Of a stretch of DNA of 64,000 bases, positions 1 through 13,553 are shown piece by piece (within the stretch, counting starts at the first letter, position 1; the number at the start of each line of letters is the position of its first letter). The stretch lies in the NCBI GenBank assembly GCA_051294905.1, contig CM119372.1:124001-188000 (forward strand), written 5' to 3'. A program made the translations under genes and the position numbers. The notes under the pieces are model-generated. The model had not been told where the DNA came from, did not search any database, and was given only the letters and a program-made list of their open reading frames with translations. Origin of the DNA: Botryllus schlosseri. Taxonomy: Eukaryota.

Positions 1-1454
1 TTCCAGAAACAAATTTATTTCGTAATTAACAGCATAACATTTCAAATTGGTATTTCTTCGTGGGGCGCATCGTTTCCTTCTAGTGTTCGATTCTGCACTG
101 TGGGATTCAGATATCAAATGGAACTACCTGGGCCTATATCCAGGGCCGTAACAGCACTTCGTCAGCCCCCCCAAACTTTGGCCTTGGGCCCCCCATAGGG
201 TTATAGACCGAACTTCTGGGGGGCGAACCCATCCGCCAATACACTGTTTACCGCTATTCATCATATTCACTGGGAGTTTGTTTAGTCAATCAGCTTTTGT
301 CGCCTAAGCGCGCGAAGCGCGGGGAATTTCTAGAATTCATGATTTTATCGGTCACTATGATCGGGATTTGCATATTTGTTATCAATTTTTATCTTCTCTC
401 TTCTCACATAATCAGATTTGCCGGTAGAGCTGAGTGAGGTGTGCTTGAAAAGGTAGGGCCACTCAATAATAACTAAACATCTTCGGGCGTATACCCGTTG
501 GCAGGACCGAAACAGCACTTCGTCAGACCCCCATCACGTTGTTCGCGTTTGTCACGAAATTATCTGTACTGTATTGTGAGCCAGCGCGAAACGCGAAAAT
601 TTTCGATAATTTATGATAAAATCGGTCAATCAGATCGGCGATTGCATATATATTATGCTATCAATTTATTGTCCTCTCTACTTACGTAATTAGATTTACC
701 GGTAGAGCTGAGTGAAGTGTCTTGAAAACGGGAGGGCCCGTAATGATTAAACATCTTCGGGCGGGCGGACCCGTTGATATGACTTCGTTACATGATGTTA
801 TTTCGTGACTTCCAGTCTGCTATATCACAAAATATAGAATCGCCCAAACGTAGGCTTCTAAACTAAGAGGCGCACACGATTTCAAATTGGTATTTCTTCA
901 CTGGCATAAAATTTTTCCCAGCGGCATGTTATTTGTCTTGCGAGGTTCAGATTGCAAAGACAGGAACATTCGGCGCCAGTCATTTAGGCGCCTATGGACA
1001 ATTAAACCTACGTATTTTGTATAGCCTATATGACGAAGTCTTCGGTCTGCATAAGGGCATAGACCAATGCTCTTCAACCGGGGTTGTCGTACACCCTAGG
1101 GTGTACCAGAATTCGCAAAGGGTGTACCAACCGGATGGGGTGTACAGGGGTGTACCAGATCCGAATTACAATGAGCCGATGGCTAGCTATCACAAAGACA
1201 GGTTTATGGGTCAGTACAGGTTGACGCACAGGTTAATGGTACGATGTCATCTCGAGTGTAATACTGTACACCCGGGGCCTACGATAGGCCCCGGTACACC
1301 GCTTGATTGTGATGTCATAAGCAAATATTTCTCCTATTCATTTAGCCGTCGGCAATAGACCAATGGTTCCGTTTGGTGTTTGAAAGTATGCAGTTAACGA
1401 ACATGTGTTCAGCTAGTTATTTGTCTTTTAGTGATTTTTGAGGAAACCGCTGCG

Positions 1455-2863
1455 CACTGGCGTAGCAGCATGTGCTGCCGCCCCTGGCTCTCGTTGAAAA
1501 TGCCGCCCCCCTAATATGCCGCATCTCAGCCTCACCGTCTCAACGTTAATTAGGCCAAAAATAATAAAGACAAGAAATAGCGAACGAAAGTATTGTGCAA
1601 ATAGAAAATCAATAGCCGCCTCAAAGCAAAATCAGCGATATCGTCAAATTCAAGTTTTTGAACGTGGTCTCTTTCTATAGACAGAATTTGTAGAGCTGAT
1701 AGCCGATCATCATTCATGGTAGAACGTAAATAAGACTTAATCAGTTTGAGCTTTGAGAAGCTCCTCACCCAGCTCGCAATTGAAACACCAATGGCCTGAT
1801 AAAGTTTCAGACACGAGCATAAATATGGTGTCGAACCAAGTAGGCTAGCTTTGCGTTATCTAACCACTGTAACACATCAAACGCTGTCGCGCTACGATCA
1901 AACGTGGTTCACTGCTCCGCAGAAGCCTCTTGACCCTTTTAAAATCTCAAGTTGAACAACTTCATATGATCAAATCTTAATTTGTGTTCGTCGTAGAGGC
2001 CTCATATTGGTTTTACGAAAAGCTAGCAATCTTCTGATTTATATGATCCCTAATTCGAAGGTATATGGCATGACAATTTTCGCAGCTAACTCCAAAAAGT
2101 CCACATCGTCGTCATAAGTGCTTCTAAAAGCGCTGGTGAATAAATTGTGACTTTCGCTTTGCAGCAGCGTGCGGGAATTCAAAAATCCAAACATATCATT
2201 TAAGTGGTGTATGTCGGTAAAACTAGTTTCAGCTTCAAGTTTAAATCTGTCCAAAGCTTGAAACAAGAATCGTCTAACTTCTTCAACAACACTTAGGCCA
2301 GCTTCTTCTGATTGTTCGCCAGGCACTCTCCTTTTTCTGCGAACTGTCCGAAAAATCGGCCTTGACGGCTATTTCGGAGTGGTTCCACGGCCATGTTAAC
2401 ATATTAATTCATGTTTTCGGAATCAGCGTGACACTAGCTTTCGATTGAGACCTGTTTGATTAAATTTTAGCTCACGGGGTATAGGACTACGAATTACGCT
2501 TCTTTTAGCCGGCTGTGTACACTGTGCACTGTGCCGAGCGAGATAGTGTAATGTTGATGCGTCCGGCTTCTTGATCGGTAGGACGTGGGATCGATCCCAA
2601 GCCGGGTCAGACCAAAGACTCGAAAACTAGTATCCCCGGTTATCTCGGCAATCACGGAGGAGAAAAAATACGGGGGTGCAGACTAGATGACCTGACCTAA
2701 CTATGAAGACCGTATCGCATTTCCGTCGCCAAAGCATCTCGATGGTGCAGGCGAAAAAGAATACCATCTCTCTCTCTCACTGTGCAGCCTCATTTTGCCG
2801 CCCCCTTAGAGACTGCCGCCCCTGGCGCAGAGCCAGAACCGCCCAGTGGCCGCTACGCCACTG
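1455..2863 (-). mobile_element. Defective hAT DNA transposon with transposase C-terminal (dimerisation domain) remnants
   Basis: Termini CACTGGCGTAGC / GCTACGCCACTG; 8-bp TSD CCGCTGCG / CCGCCGCG (7/8). Minus-strand RSFSKLKLIKSYLRSTMNDDRLSALQILSIE (1550-1768) is the hAT C-terminal motif. Confidence 0.9.
2535..2777 (+). mobile_element. tRNA-derived SINE inserted in the hAT element
   Basis: A/B-box-like head (GATAGTGTAATG...GGGATCGATCCC), (TC)n tail, TSD CACTGTGC; related copies at 14503-14764 (-) and about 42743-42890 (+). Confidence 0.85.
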
Positions 2864-4613
2864 CCGCCGCGATAGCTCAGACTTCTTGAATCGGTACTTC
2901 CTAGTTCCTACCCGACGTTAATAAATACCGCAATACACATAAATAAAGTGACGTAGCCAGCCAGGGTCGAAACAGCTTCCATGTTGAAATCGAAACCCCT
3001 TTGTTTTAAAATGCCGATTTTATGTCCAATATTTCGCCATACATTTGCAATTTAGTATTTTGTTATTAGTGATGCAAAGTAGCGACAATAGACTGTGTAT
3101 AGCGGCATACGACCTGAGGTTACTGACATCTCTTGCAGCCTATGTGCTATACTATTGACTGTGTGTGGTGTGGGGCAGGCCTGATACGCAGTAGGCTGGT
3201 GCGCCAGCTATCATCGCTGATCTGAATTACCGCTTCTGCTTTACCTACTCTCTCCCCAATACTGTTACATTTAGGTTGATTATCGTTCGTAATGTCATGC
3301 TGTTTTGGGGCTGACACGAAATAAACTCCAATTTGCGTGGCGGGCGGCCTAACTGGCTGCGAGTAGACTCTGTAACCAAATACTATTTTATTCAAATCCA
3401 AATTTTTTGACGGCAATAACTACGCTTCTACTGGTTGGAATTGAACCAAATTTGAAGAACATCATTTTTATAGACAACCTAATACTTTCATGAAGTGAAC
3501 AGAAGAATTTCACATTTTACGTTATTTATTTTTATAATATAAATAGAAACTTTCTTCTTCCGTAGCCATGCGGCTACTGGTTGGAATTGAACAAAATTTG
3601 GTGTGTAGGCTTAAGTTGGGTAACCTATTAATTTTATCAAGTAGCCAGTACGATTTGAGGAAAAAAGTCATTTTTGAAGACCCCTAATGAACAGGGGTGT
3701 ACGAGTTTTGAGCAGGGCATGGTATGGTATGGAATGGAATGGGAATTTTCCATACTCCATACCCGCCAAATCGTTCCATACCATACTTGGCAATTTTCCA
3801 TACCATAGCAACATTCTTCCATACCCTATTTGATACTTTTTCCATACTTTCGCGACTTACCCGACCTCTCAAGTGATATTCTATTTTTGTTATGTGGAAA
3901 TGTTGCGGCGTTTTTATTCTAATTATTTTGGATGACATCATCCATTTAAACAGCCCTGATGCACCAATGATATGCACAGTTTCTTTATATCATATGTCGT
4001 CAGCAATGTATGTTGCCTAATCCTCGATGACGGAACGTATATATAGGCCTACACGCGGGATTATTTGCAAATCACAACAGAATCGCATGGCATGTAAATC
4101 CGGTGTGGTAACGGACTGCTAGCAGTAACATCATCTACAAAATTACATAAACCAAAGGTATAGTGACATTAGAAGATTGGTTCCCAACCCTCTTTTCTTT
4201 ACTCCCCACAACTTGAAATCCATATTCCCGCCCTTCAAAATTGCTCCCTCCAGTAAAATTTGGTCAGACTTTGGTCTGTAAAGACTTGCTATATGTGAAA
4301 GTCAAGATCCCAGAATTGAACAGCACGCAATGAAATGAATGAGCAGTGAACTGGTGACCGTACAACACGCATTGTTGCGCCCCCGTCAAATATAGATGCG
4401 TAAGCCGGCCGAAAAATAGGAACGGCTTGAAATATTTCCAAATGTAGCGAGGTAGCATCAATTTACACGTGTAAATGCCAAACAATGCATGGACCAGATA
4501 AATTTCCTGCTGTTAGATACGACCCGCCATAAGCTACACTTTCGCACGCTACATAACTCAAAAGAAATATCTCATTTCGTCTGTCACAAGTCCAGCTATG
4601 CTATCAATTAGAG

Positions 4614-6508
4614 CAGTGGTTCCCAACCTGTGGTACGCGTACCACTAGTGGTACGCGAAGGTCTTCCAGGTGGTACGCGAGTAGATTCTGTTTCCTTTTC
4701 GACCGAAGGGAGTTACTAGTTCAGGTGAGGTTGATTTTGAGTTTTTAGAAGACGTCGTCGCACGCGATTACCCATCAGCTGCTAATTTTTCCTTATACGT
4801 GGGAATGCGAGCAAGGATTTTCATCCCTGATAACTATCAAGTCGAAGAAGCGAAACCGACTTGTTGCGCCCATGCATGACTTTCGATGCGCTGTAAGCAA
4901 ACGCATCGACAAGCTAGTGGAAAATAAACAAATGCAGCCATCGCGTTAAATAGATTGGCTTTTGAATGTGTGTTGTTATTTCATCATGTTGTTCTTCTTG
5001 TGACTGGTGGTGAAGAAACAATTCCATATATCCCATCAACCCTGGGTGATATTGCCTAGTTCACGGGTGTCAAACTCAAATTGCATCGCGGGCCGGAACG
5101 AAGTCATGAAATCGCTCGCGGGCCGGACCAGTCAACGGAATCCAAAATGTTGCCTCGTGCCATTACTTCTCGCTGGAATACTTTATTATCGAGCATATAT
5201 AGATAATACACGGATCGTAGGGGTTTCATTCTAGCGAGTCGCAACACCAATATTTGCGAGCAATGAAATTGGCGAAAATACGATATTTGTCCGGTTGAAT
5301 ACAATTGCATTACCGGCGATACAAGTAGACATATTTCAGTGTTCCCTTTGCTTTAGTCCAGGGGTGGCCAACCTGCGGCCGTAAGAGGGAATTTGTGCGG
5401 CAGTTGACACGTAATTCAATTAGTATGTGTTGGCGGCCGTCGACATACAATTCGAATCTACGAATTGACTCCCGACTTCTTGAAAGATTTTAATTAATCT
5501 TGAAATTTTCTTCACGCTCCGCGCGATTCAATGCGACTACATTTTTCGATTTTAATATAGTAGCATCCTTTGCAATCAGAGCCCCACAATACAGATGCGA
5601 ACATCAATGGAAAGTGATGCGCCTCACATGGAAATATCAGCTCGGAATCGTGTGCTCCTCACTATACTAACAATCCTGATGGGAGGTCAATAAATACCAG
5701 CTTGCTACAAAGTGACTAATACCAATTGGCCCACCCGAAGATGCATCATAATTTATACCTTGCGTTAAATTTTCGAAAACACCCCTACATCAACTCCATA
5801 CCAGTGAATCTGATCACATGGGATGAGAAAGAATAAATGTTTGATGGTGATATGTAAAACTACTAATATCAATGACGAAATTCATTGGTGAATCTGACCT
5901 TTTTTTTCGCGCTTCGCGCGACTATGAGCACTTCCTTCCTTAACATTACCAGTGACCACTCGCGATTTTGGTGCGCATAGTAAGCCTACCATTAAATAGA
6001 TTGGTCCGGAGTTTACCAGAAATGGACATAGACACTTTAAGTTTGGTATTTGGCGTCCAGCTCGTTCATTACGACTATGCTCTGGAATGCGGCCGTAGGC
6101 TACACGAGTAGTCGAAATGTCAATGGCAAAAAGGTTGGCCACCCCTGCTTTAGTCATAATCTGGCGTTATTCCTGCGTATGCGTTGTGATGAATACAACT
6201 GTCAACGCGGACTTTGTAATTTGGTTTAATACTGTGGATGTGATGGATAATATAATCTTTTTTCAATGTACTCAGAATTGCTATGCGGGTCGGATAAAAT
6301 CGTCTGGCGGGCCGGATCCGGCCCACGGGCCGTATGTTTGACATCCCTGGCCTAGTTTAATAGAATTTGATAATACACCTCGCATAGGTCAAATACGTGA
6401 GTATGACGTCATAAATGGTGGAAACGCGCGTAACTTATATAGGTGGTACGCGAGCACTGCATAAAACCTCAAAATGGTACGTGGGTGGAAAAAGGTTGGG
6501 AATCACTG
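4614..6508. mobile_element. hAT-Buster/Charlie-type non-autonomous element holding two nested MITEs (5062-6349 and 5359-6147)
   Basis: Three TIR pairs with perfect 8-bp TSDs AATTAGAG, GCCTAGTT and CTTTAGTC, all nnnTAnnn. Confidence 0.9.
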
Positions 6509-6812
6509 AATTAGAGAGTCCGCGATCTACCTGAATATACATATGAACTATTATTATAACGAATCAGGTGATTTCTATCACACCATTTCGCATGCGACTG
6601 AAATAACAACATATATGCGGGAGATCGCATGCCGCTGTCAAGTCGATTCTCGCTAATTGGAGGCATTGATAATACGAATCGCTGAATTGCAAATGAGATA
6701 ATAGGCCTAAATATTAGAGATACGATCGGCCTTTCATACAGACGTTTAATAAACAAGGTTAATACCGTAAAGACCCTAAATCGAAACCACTGCATTAGAA
6801 TATATCTTAGAA

Positions 6813-8020
6813 CAGAGGTCTCAAACACGCGGCCCGCGGGCCACATGCAACCCGCCAGATCATTTTGTGCGGCCCGCGACGACATTTTAGATTTTTAATA
6901 ATTTGACAATATATAAGTGTCACATATATCTTTTCAGGTTATAAAGTCGAAATTCCCTCATAAATTGCTCCGAAAGCTTGAAATTATTCATCAGACTTCA
7001 CTATCACATCTATTGCAAACGTTATACCATGCTAGGGAAGATTCACTATTTCGCCACATTTCTAATTCATTATGACAAAACCTGACCCTTAGACGATTCG
7101 TGACTGAAATTGGTGAGTTGGAACTGGACGCGACATTTCTTAGAATTACTCAGACTCGGGCTAACTCGATGGCAAAATGAAAATGACTCGAGTTGACTCG
7201 GAGTGACTCGGAATGCAGTGAATTTGTTAGAACCGTGGACGCAACAAACTAATCGCGTATCAGTGGAGTAGTAATAGATCAGAAGGTCGCAGCATGGTAT
7301 TTCGCTAACTAAGCAAGTAGTTATGGCAATCATGGGTAATCTGTTAATAACATGGTTTAATGACCAAAGATGTAATTAAGGCCACTTCAAGGTACCGAAT
7401 ACCGTATAGTGGTACGCTCCAACGATGTAACAACAATGGGCCGTTCGGCGTTTCGACACTTCAATCTCTAAGACACATTCATTAATATATTTATATTTTT
7501 TCTGCTCCTGTATTTGAGGATATTTGGCCATGAGATTAATAGCCTACATATCAGAAGTACACCCGAATCCCGGATTGGAATTACAATTATTCTCAACCTG
7601 AAAATGTTTTGATATCAGATCAGTCTCTATTATCAATCTGTTAAATTCAAAATATTCATAGTAGCTGCAAAATTATAACCCGATAGCTTTTATGATGGCA
7701 TCATACATTTGTCCGCCCATATGGTGTCTATATCTTATAATTAATATATATCATAAGTACAACAACAATTCTATTCAAATAGTTATAAATGTGATGATTC
7801 TTTTCGTGCCAGGCCTAAATTGATACAAGAGTAAATCACATTTTGACGATGTGTGTTTACTGTCAGTCTTCTGGATCGGCTCACTTTCAACAGGACAATT
7901 CATTCCCGCCAAATAAGGCCTACTCGGAAAGACATAGAACACCCCTATAAGTGCTGCGGCCCGCGGCGTCGTCAAAACGGGAAAACTGGCCCGCGAGCAC
8001 ATTTGAGTTTGAGACCTCTG
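6813..8020. mobile_element. Buster/Charlie-type MITE with a nested GACTCGAGTC-family fragment
   Basis: TIR CAGAGGTCTCAAAC; perfect TSD TCTTAGAA. Confidence 0.88.
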
Positions 8021-8499
8021 TCTTAGAATATAAATTTACATCCCTACAATCATTTTGAAACAGCGGAATAAATATCTATTTTTCCCATCAATCTGTGGGC
8101 CACACATTAGATTCGTTAGGCAAGATCAGGATGTATGTTCTGTCATCATAGATAACCAAATTTCAGGAAGTTTAATGGGTGTTGGAGGCCGGCATATCGC
8201 AATGACTCTCCAAGACACGCTATATTTATGTTTGAATTACAATGACGGTTAAGTCAAATAGATATTGCGTGATGATCATCCTACCAAAGCGCTATTTTCA
8301 AGTTCAACAAATTGATAAAAACATTTATGTAACTTTTACATTCTCAGAATCTAGGATTTTAAAACTCTCTTGGTAGTTTACGGACTGGAGGTGCAAGTTG
8401 AAATGCAAGTTGTTACGCGACAGCGGTCGAATCTCATTCGTTTATATGATATTTAGATTTGATTTGATTTGAATATTACTTATTAATATTATCTTCCTT

Positions 8500-8827
8500 C
8501 ATATGCGCGTAGCGCTACTTTGTTGTCTTAAAATAGATGTCGACCGGGGGGAGTGAGTGATAAATCGCAATTTGAGATATGAACATAGACAGTCGGCGAT
8601 TTTCTGAGGTTTGCAATCAATTTGACAAATCGAAGGTAGGATCACTGCAATGATTCTGGCAAAACTGGCTAAGTATGGAAAAGTATGGAAGTATGGAAAT
8701 AACATTCCATACCATACTCGGGAAATTTCCATACCATACCATACTTGCACTCTTCCATATTCCATACCGAAATTTCGTTCCATACCATACCATACTTCCA
8801 TATCATACCATACCATACCATGCCCTG
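8500..8827. repeat. MITE end with (CCATA)n/(TATGG)n subterminal repeats
   Basis: Ends ...CCATACCATACCATGCCCTG; related copies near 3714-3870 and 61960-62222. It generates the spurious VWYGME ORFs. Confidence 0.75.
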
Positions 8828-11173
8828 GTTTTGAGCAAACGTTAAAAGGGTGTACCACGTCGAAAAAGGTTGAAGAGCACTGGCATAGACCTTTTCGGCC
8901 AAGCTTTTCTCGCTGCCGATCGTTCTGGCACACTTCTTGGAGTCGCATGTTATATGGCCTAAAACTTGATTGTGTGTCTTGGTGGGTCGTAGCGCGGTAA
9001 TGGCCCAATACCCAATAATATAGAAAAATGGCAACTTGAATTTTGAATTTTGAAAAAATTGCATAAATTTTCAAAACATACTCTATGATTTATGCTAATT
9101 CACGAAATAATTTTGGGCCCCCTTCGAGCTCGCCCCCCCCCCCCCAATTGGGGGGTTTGAGGTGCGGCAGTTACGGTGCTGCCTATATCAAAAAATCAAG
9201 TAGCTTTGAATCGCGCATAGCACGAAGAAATTTTTTAAAATGAATTCAGATCTCTCAAAAATTCGGCCGCCAACATATGCTAAACGAATCAAGTGTCGAC
9301 GTCGACGGCCGCACAATTTCCCTTGTACGGCTACAGGTTGACCAGTCCTGGTATTATTGAATCCGGATCCTGAAAAACTATGATCCGTCCGTACATCTCT
9401 ATTCTCTTCTTGCACTTAATTTGACCTTGACCTAAACTTGTTGCTGTCTATGTGCACATTTTGTGGATTTCTATCAGTTACCTAGACGGAAAGATCATTA
9501 TAAGTTGAATGACAATGCGCGAAAATTCGTAGGGCCCTAATGCAGCCTGTGGACCCAGTTCTACCCTTACAAGTCAAGGAAAAGCTGAAAATTAGTGTGC
9601 TCGCTTCTACCGAAGCGCCTTATAGAAAGTATTACCATCGCTTCGTTTCTCTGCGACGCGATTGTACTTCGAAACACAAGTTCAGCGCCCATTGCCGCGA
9701 CGTCAGCTGAGCACTCACACTCGCCGCCCAGCCACTCATTTGTTCTTGAGCTACGCTCTCGTTTCGCCAGACAGCATTGTTGCGTCACTATGCCAATCCC
9801 CATAACAATGAGAAATTCGAGACTGATTGTGGGGGTTCCAGGGCCATGAGCAAAATGAAATTTATATTTTCGTAATCAGTACAGCGGCAGCTTTTGATTG
9901 ATGCCCGTTTTATCAAATTTATATATATAAAATATATATTTATCGGCTTTCAATTAAATAAAAGGGCAAAAGAAAACAGGAAACAAAGGAACATCAAGAT
10001 AATCAGTTTTGGGCCCTTATTAAGCGCCTCCAGCGTGGGCGGTCGTGGGCGTCTTCGAGCGATAGCCCGCGTTGCGCTAGCTCGGTCTCTATTGTTGAGC
10101 GCCATATGGTTCTATTCCAGCCACCTCTGCGCCATGGCTCCGTCGGAATGTGGTTGATGATGGCGGCGGCTGGTTGATCGTCTTGATGCCGCACTAGATG
10201 ACCGATTAAGCGCAAGCGTCGTTCAGCAGCCAGCAAACGGCATGGGACCGTTTTCGTGAGTTTGCGCAGAGCATTGGTGGATATGTGCTCCGGGTGGTGG
10301 ATGCCGAGTGCGTAGCGGAGGAGTGCATCGTAGTTGCCGTTGAGTGTCTTAGCCAGCTTTTCTGTCAGCGTGAGTGCTTCTATTCCGTAAAGAAGAACCT
10401 GCTCGACAGTGGCACGGAAAATGCGGGTCTTGAGTTGGGGTGAGGCACTTGAGTGGAAGAGCCAATGTAGCCGCCTTGCCGCGCCCCAGGCCTTTGCTCG
10501 CCTCGCCTTCAGTGCTTTTCCAGAGTCTGCGACGTCAATACCGAGGTATATAAAACTCTTGACATTCATGAGCCTGACTTCTCCCAGTTGAATTGGTGTC
10601 GCGTTCTCCGGCAGAGTTAGCATGGCCAGAACCTCAGTCTTCTTGGCATTGATCTGGAGGTCAATAAGAGCGGCGGCGGCCTCTAGTTGGTTGATGAGGC
10701 GCTGTGCCGTCACGGTATTCGGGGCAAGCAAGGCGAGGTCGTCTGCGTAGGCAAGAATACCTACGTGGATAGCCTCGCGAGTCGTACGCGTTCCTTGCCG
10801 TGGCCGCCATTCAAAGAAGTCCGAGTTGTCCGGGAAGGCCGTTCGTAGCATGAAGTCAAGGATTATCACGAACAAGAATGGTGCCAAAGTGTCACCTTGA
10901 AGCACGCCAGCCGAAGTGGTAAAATCTCCGCTTGGACCGTCGTCTGTTCGGACTCGCGCTCGCGCTCGCCATAATGGCGTACCTCATCACCTCAGGAATT
11001 CCATAGAATCCGAGGATCTTCGCCATGGCTGGGCGCGAGACCGAGTCGAAGGCTTTCGCAAAGTCAACAAAGACAGCCACAACATTCTTTTTGTGTGAGC
11101 GGCAGGTGTCAATGATTGTGCGCAGTGCCAGGATATGCTCTGTTGTACCGCGGGATGGTCGAAATCCATTCTG

Positions 11174-11413
11174 TGTGGAAGACCTCCTAATATAGTCGAT
11201 GTAGAGGGATTCACAATAGTTTTTAGACAGCTTTATTTCTGCGTCCTCACGGCAGCAAGTTCAGACAAGAAGAGGGCATGCATTGTCATGGTTCCACCAA
11301 GTGTCCATTTTTACGTAGTCGGTGCTAGACACTTGGCGGCCCTAGAAATAACAGTACCATCACAATAGTAACTAACAATCATCACATACACCCATAATGG
11401 GTGGGCTGTCACA
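11174..11413 (-). mobile_element. Solo LTR inserted in the LINE RT region
   Basis: TGT...ACA termini, minus-strand AATAAA, 5-bp TSD TTCTG; removing it with one TSD restores LLNVQNGFRP in frame. Confidence 0.85.
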
Positions 11414-12898
11414 TTCTGGACATTCAGGAGCTTGGTAGATAGAAGGAGCAGTACTCGGTCGAACAGCTTGACCGCGGTCTGCAGGAGGGAGATGCCTCTG
11501 TAATTCGCTGGGTCACTCGCAGCGCCTTTCTTGTATATAGGCACGATTTCGCTCTCGAGCCACTCGGGCGGCACCGGGCCGCCTTCAAGGACACCGTTCA
11601 TGACGTCGAGGAGAAAAGATGCAACGCCCGGGGTGTACGCAGCCGTTGGGATGCCGTCCGTACCGGTGGCCTTGAATTGTGGTACATCACGCATGGCTAT
11701 CCTGAGCTCAGCTAGCGTGATTAGGTTTGTATTGATCGAGAGAGGAATTGCTGCTAATGAAGGCGGTGCAACGAGCACATCGATGTCCGGTGCAGGTGTA
11801 GATAAGAGGGTCTCGAAGTGTGATGCGAGGTCTTGCGTACAGGCCTTCACGCGGGTCCCCTTGGAGCCAACTAGTTCACCGATGGCTTTCCAGGCTGCTC
11901 TTGACCGGCCTGCTTCCAACTCGTTTTCCACGGAAAGAGCAATAGCTTCGACTCGTTCCTTGCGAGCAGCGTTGTAAACGTTAGTCAAGTGTAGAGCGGC
12001 CTCGTTAGCATCGCTATGTGCGTCAAGTGTTCCAGAGGTGTACGCGGCACGTCTGAGAGTCTTGCTTGAGGTTCTGGCGTGCAGTGAGCACCGCTGGGTC
12101 GGTATCCCAGGCTAATTTTGGCCGTGACTTGCTTTGTGCCTCACCGAGCGTTTCGCGGGCTGCGTTCTTGACTGCTGCCACAAGTGGCGCAAAGGCGGTC
12201 GGTATAGTATTTTGGATTTCGAGGGCGTCGACTGTGTGCATGGTAAAGTCTTTCATCTTATTTGTGTCCTTGAGATCAAGCCAATTTGGTAGGGGCTCGT
12301 TCGGTGTACGCTTCGGGACGAACGGGAGGCTTTCACGAAGCGTGGCCAACACCATGCGATGGTCACTCCTCGTCGTTAGCATGCGCACCGTTCGGCAGTT
12401 CGTGAAGTGGCGCCGTGCGGGAGCGTTGCAGCAGATATAATCCAGCTGTGTCTTGCGTTGGCGCATACCGTCAAATGTTGTCCTGCGTTTCGGCTTCATA
12501 GAGAAGTTGGCGTTGAGACGAATGAGGTCGCAGCGGTCGAGTAGATTGGTGAAATGTTCAGAGTTGCCATTTTCGTTGCCAACTGGGAAGCGAACTCGCT
12601 GTGAGCGCTCGGCCAACGTGGCATTCATGTCCCCAAGCAGCATGGTTATGTCGCGCTGCGGGTAGGTAGAGATAATACTTTCTAGTTGGTCGTAGAAGGC
12701 GAGCGTATCAGCTGGGAAGGCAGTGGTGTCCGGAGATGTAGGTCCATACGCGCACACGAGATGCAGTTTGCGGCGACGGAGTTGAATGCTAGCTGTGATA
12801 ATCCGGCTGTTTATAACGCAAATCTTTGCCTCACCGTGAAAACGCCGGGACATGATTAGACAGACGCCTCCAACTCCGCCTTGGTTGGCAGGTGACTG

Positions 12899-13139
12899 TG
12901 TGGAAGACCTCCTAATATAGTCGATGTAAAGAGATTCACGATAGTTTTTAGACAGCTTTATTTCCGCGTCCTCACGGCAGCAAGTTCAGATCAGAAGGGA
13001 GCATGCATTGTCGTGGGTCCACCAAGTGTCCATTTCACCTAGTCGGAGCTAGACACTTGGCGGCCCTAGAAATAACAGTACCATCACAATAGTAACTATA
13101 ACAATCATCACATACACCCCTAATGGGTGGGCTGTCACA
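12899..13139 (-). mobile_element. Second solo LTR of the same family, inserted in the LINE endonuclease
   Basis: Close direct copy of 11174-11413; 4-bp TSD ACTG; removal restores IMVQSPANQGGVGG in frame. Confidence 0.85.
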
Positions 13140-13304
13140 ACTGGACCATGATAATGCCTGCGCCTAGGTCTTTTTCGCGGAATGGTTCGGTGAAGTGCTG
13201 GCGATGTTCTTGGATTGCCAACACATCAAGCTTGAGGTCATGCACAAGTGCGGCAGCTTCTTCCTGGCGCCACGCAGAGTTCAGAGTTCTTGTGATCAAA
13301 TTTA

Positions 13305-13553
13305 ATGCTCGGCAAGCCGGTCAAAAATTTCAGTCAAATTGCCTTTAGCCAAATGGAAAGTGTGACGTAGATCAATTTCACTGAGCCGTGAGATTTGCTT
13401 GTGTCCACACCATACTGCATATTGGTATTACCATAGTGTCCTATATGGAGTCGACACAAGCAAATCTCACGGCTCAGTGAAATTGTATCACGTCACAATT
13501 GCCATTTGGCTACAGGCAATTTGACGGTCATTTTTGACCGGCTTGCCGAGCAT
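13305..13553. mobile_element. Fold-back MITE (about 100-bp inverted arms)
   Basis: ATGCTCGGCAAGCCGGTCAAAAAT... and ...ATTTTTGACCGGCTTGCCGAGCAT; arms pair along most of their length. Confidence 0.8.

Larger units (their letters stand above)
9922..13294 (-). mobile_element. RTE-like non-LTR retrotransposon (APE endonuclease plus RT), 5'-truncated and frameshifted
   Basis: EN motifs DVLAIQEHR, GDMNA, LDYI, SDH; RT motifs NYRGISL, QNGFR, FVDFAKAFDSV, LQGDTLAPFLF, YADD, FIYLG; C-terminal AHDRPRWR; (TA)n tail; TSD ATCAAATTTA at 9912-9921 and 13295-13304. Confidence 0.95.

Noticed and set aside
3139..3178. Candidate TM1 exon LCAILLTVCGVGQ after a good branch point and acceptor
   Set aside because: It would need a GCCTGA donor, a poor GC-donor match, and an in-frame TGA follows; unsupported without cDNA.
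8499..9074. 191-aa and overlapping ORFs with VWYGME / IPYHT repeats
   Set aside because: Translation of (CCATA)n transposon subterminal repeats.
11174..13139. Apparent LTR retrotransposon (two LTRs around an ORF)
   Set aside because: Each repeat has its own TSD, the interior is LINE endonuclease and linker continuous with both flanks, and there is no gag or integrase.
11171..13143. Introner hypothesis: minus-strand GTGAC donor and CACACAG acceptor could splice the inserts out
   Set aside because: Splicing would keep frame at the first site (+3 nt) but not at the second (+2 nt), and the LINE is dead from other frameshifts.
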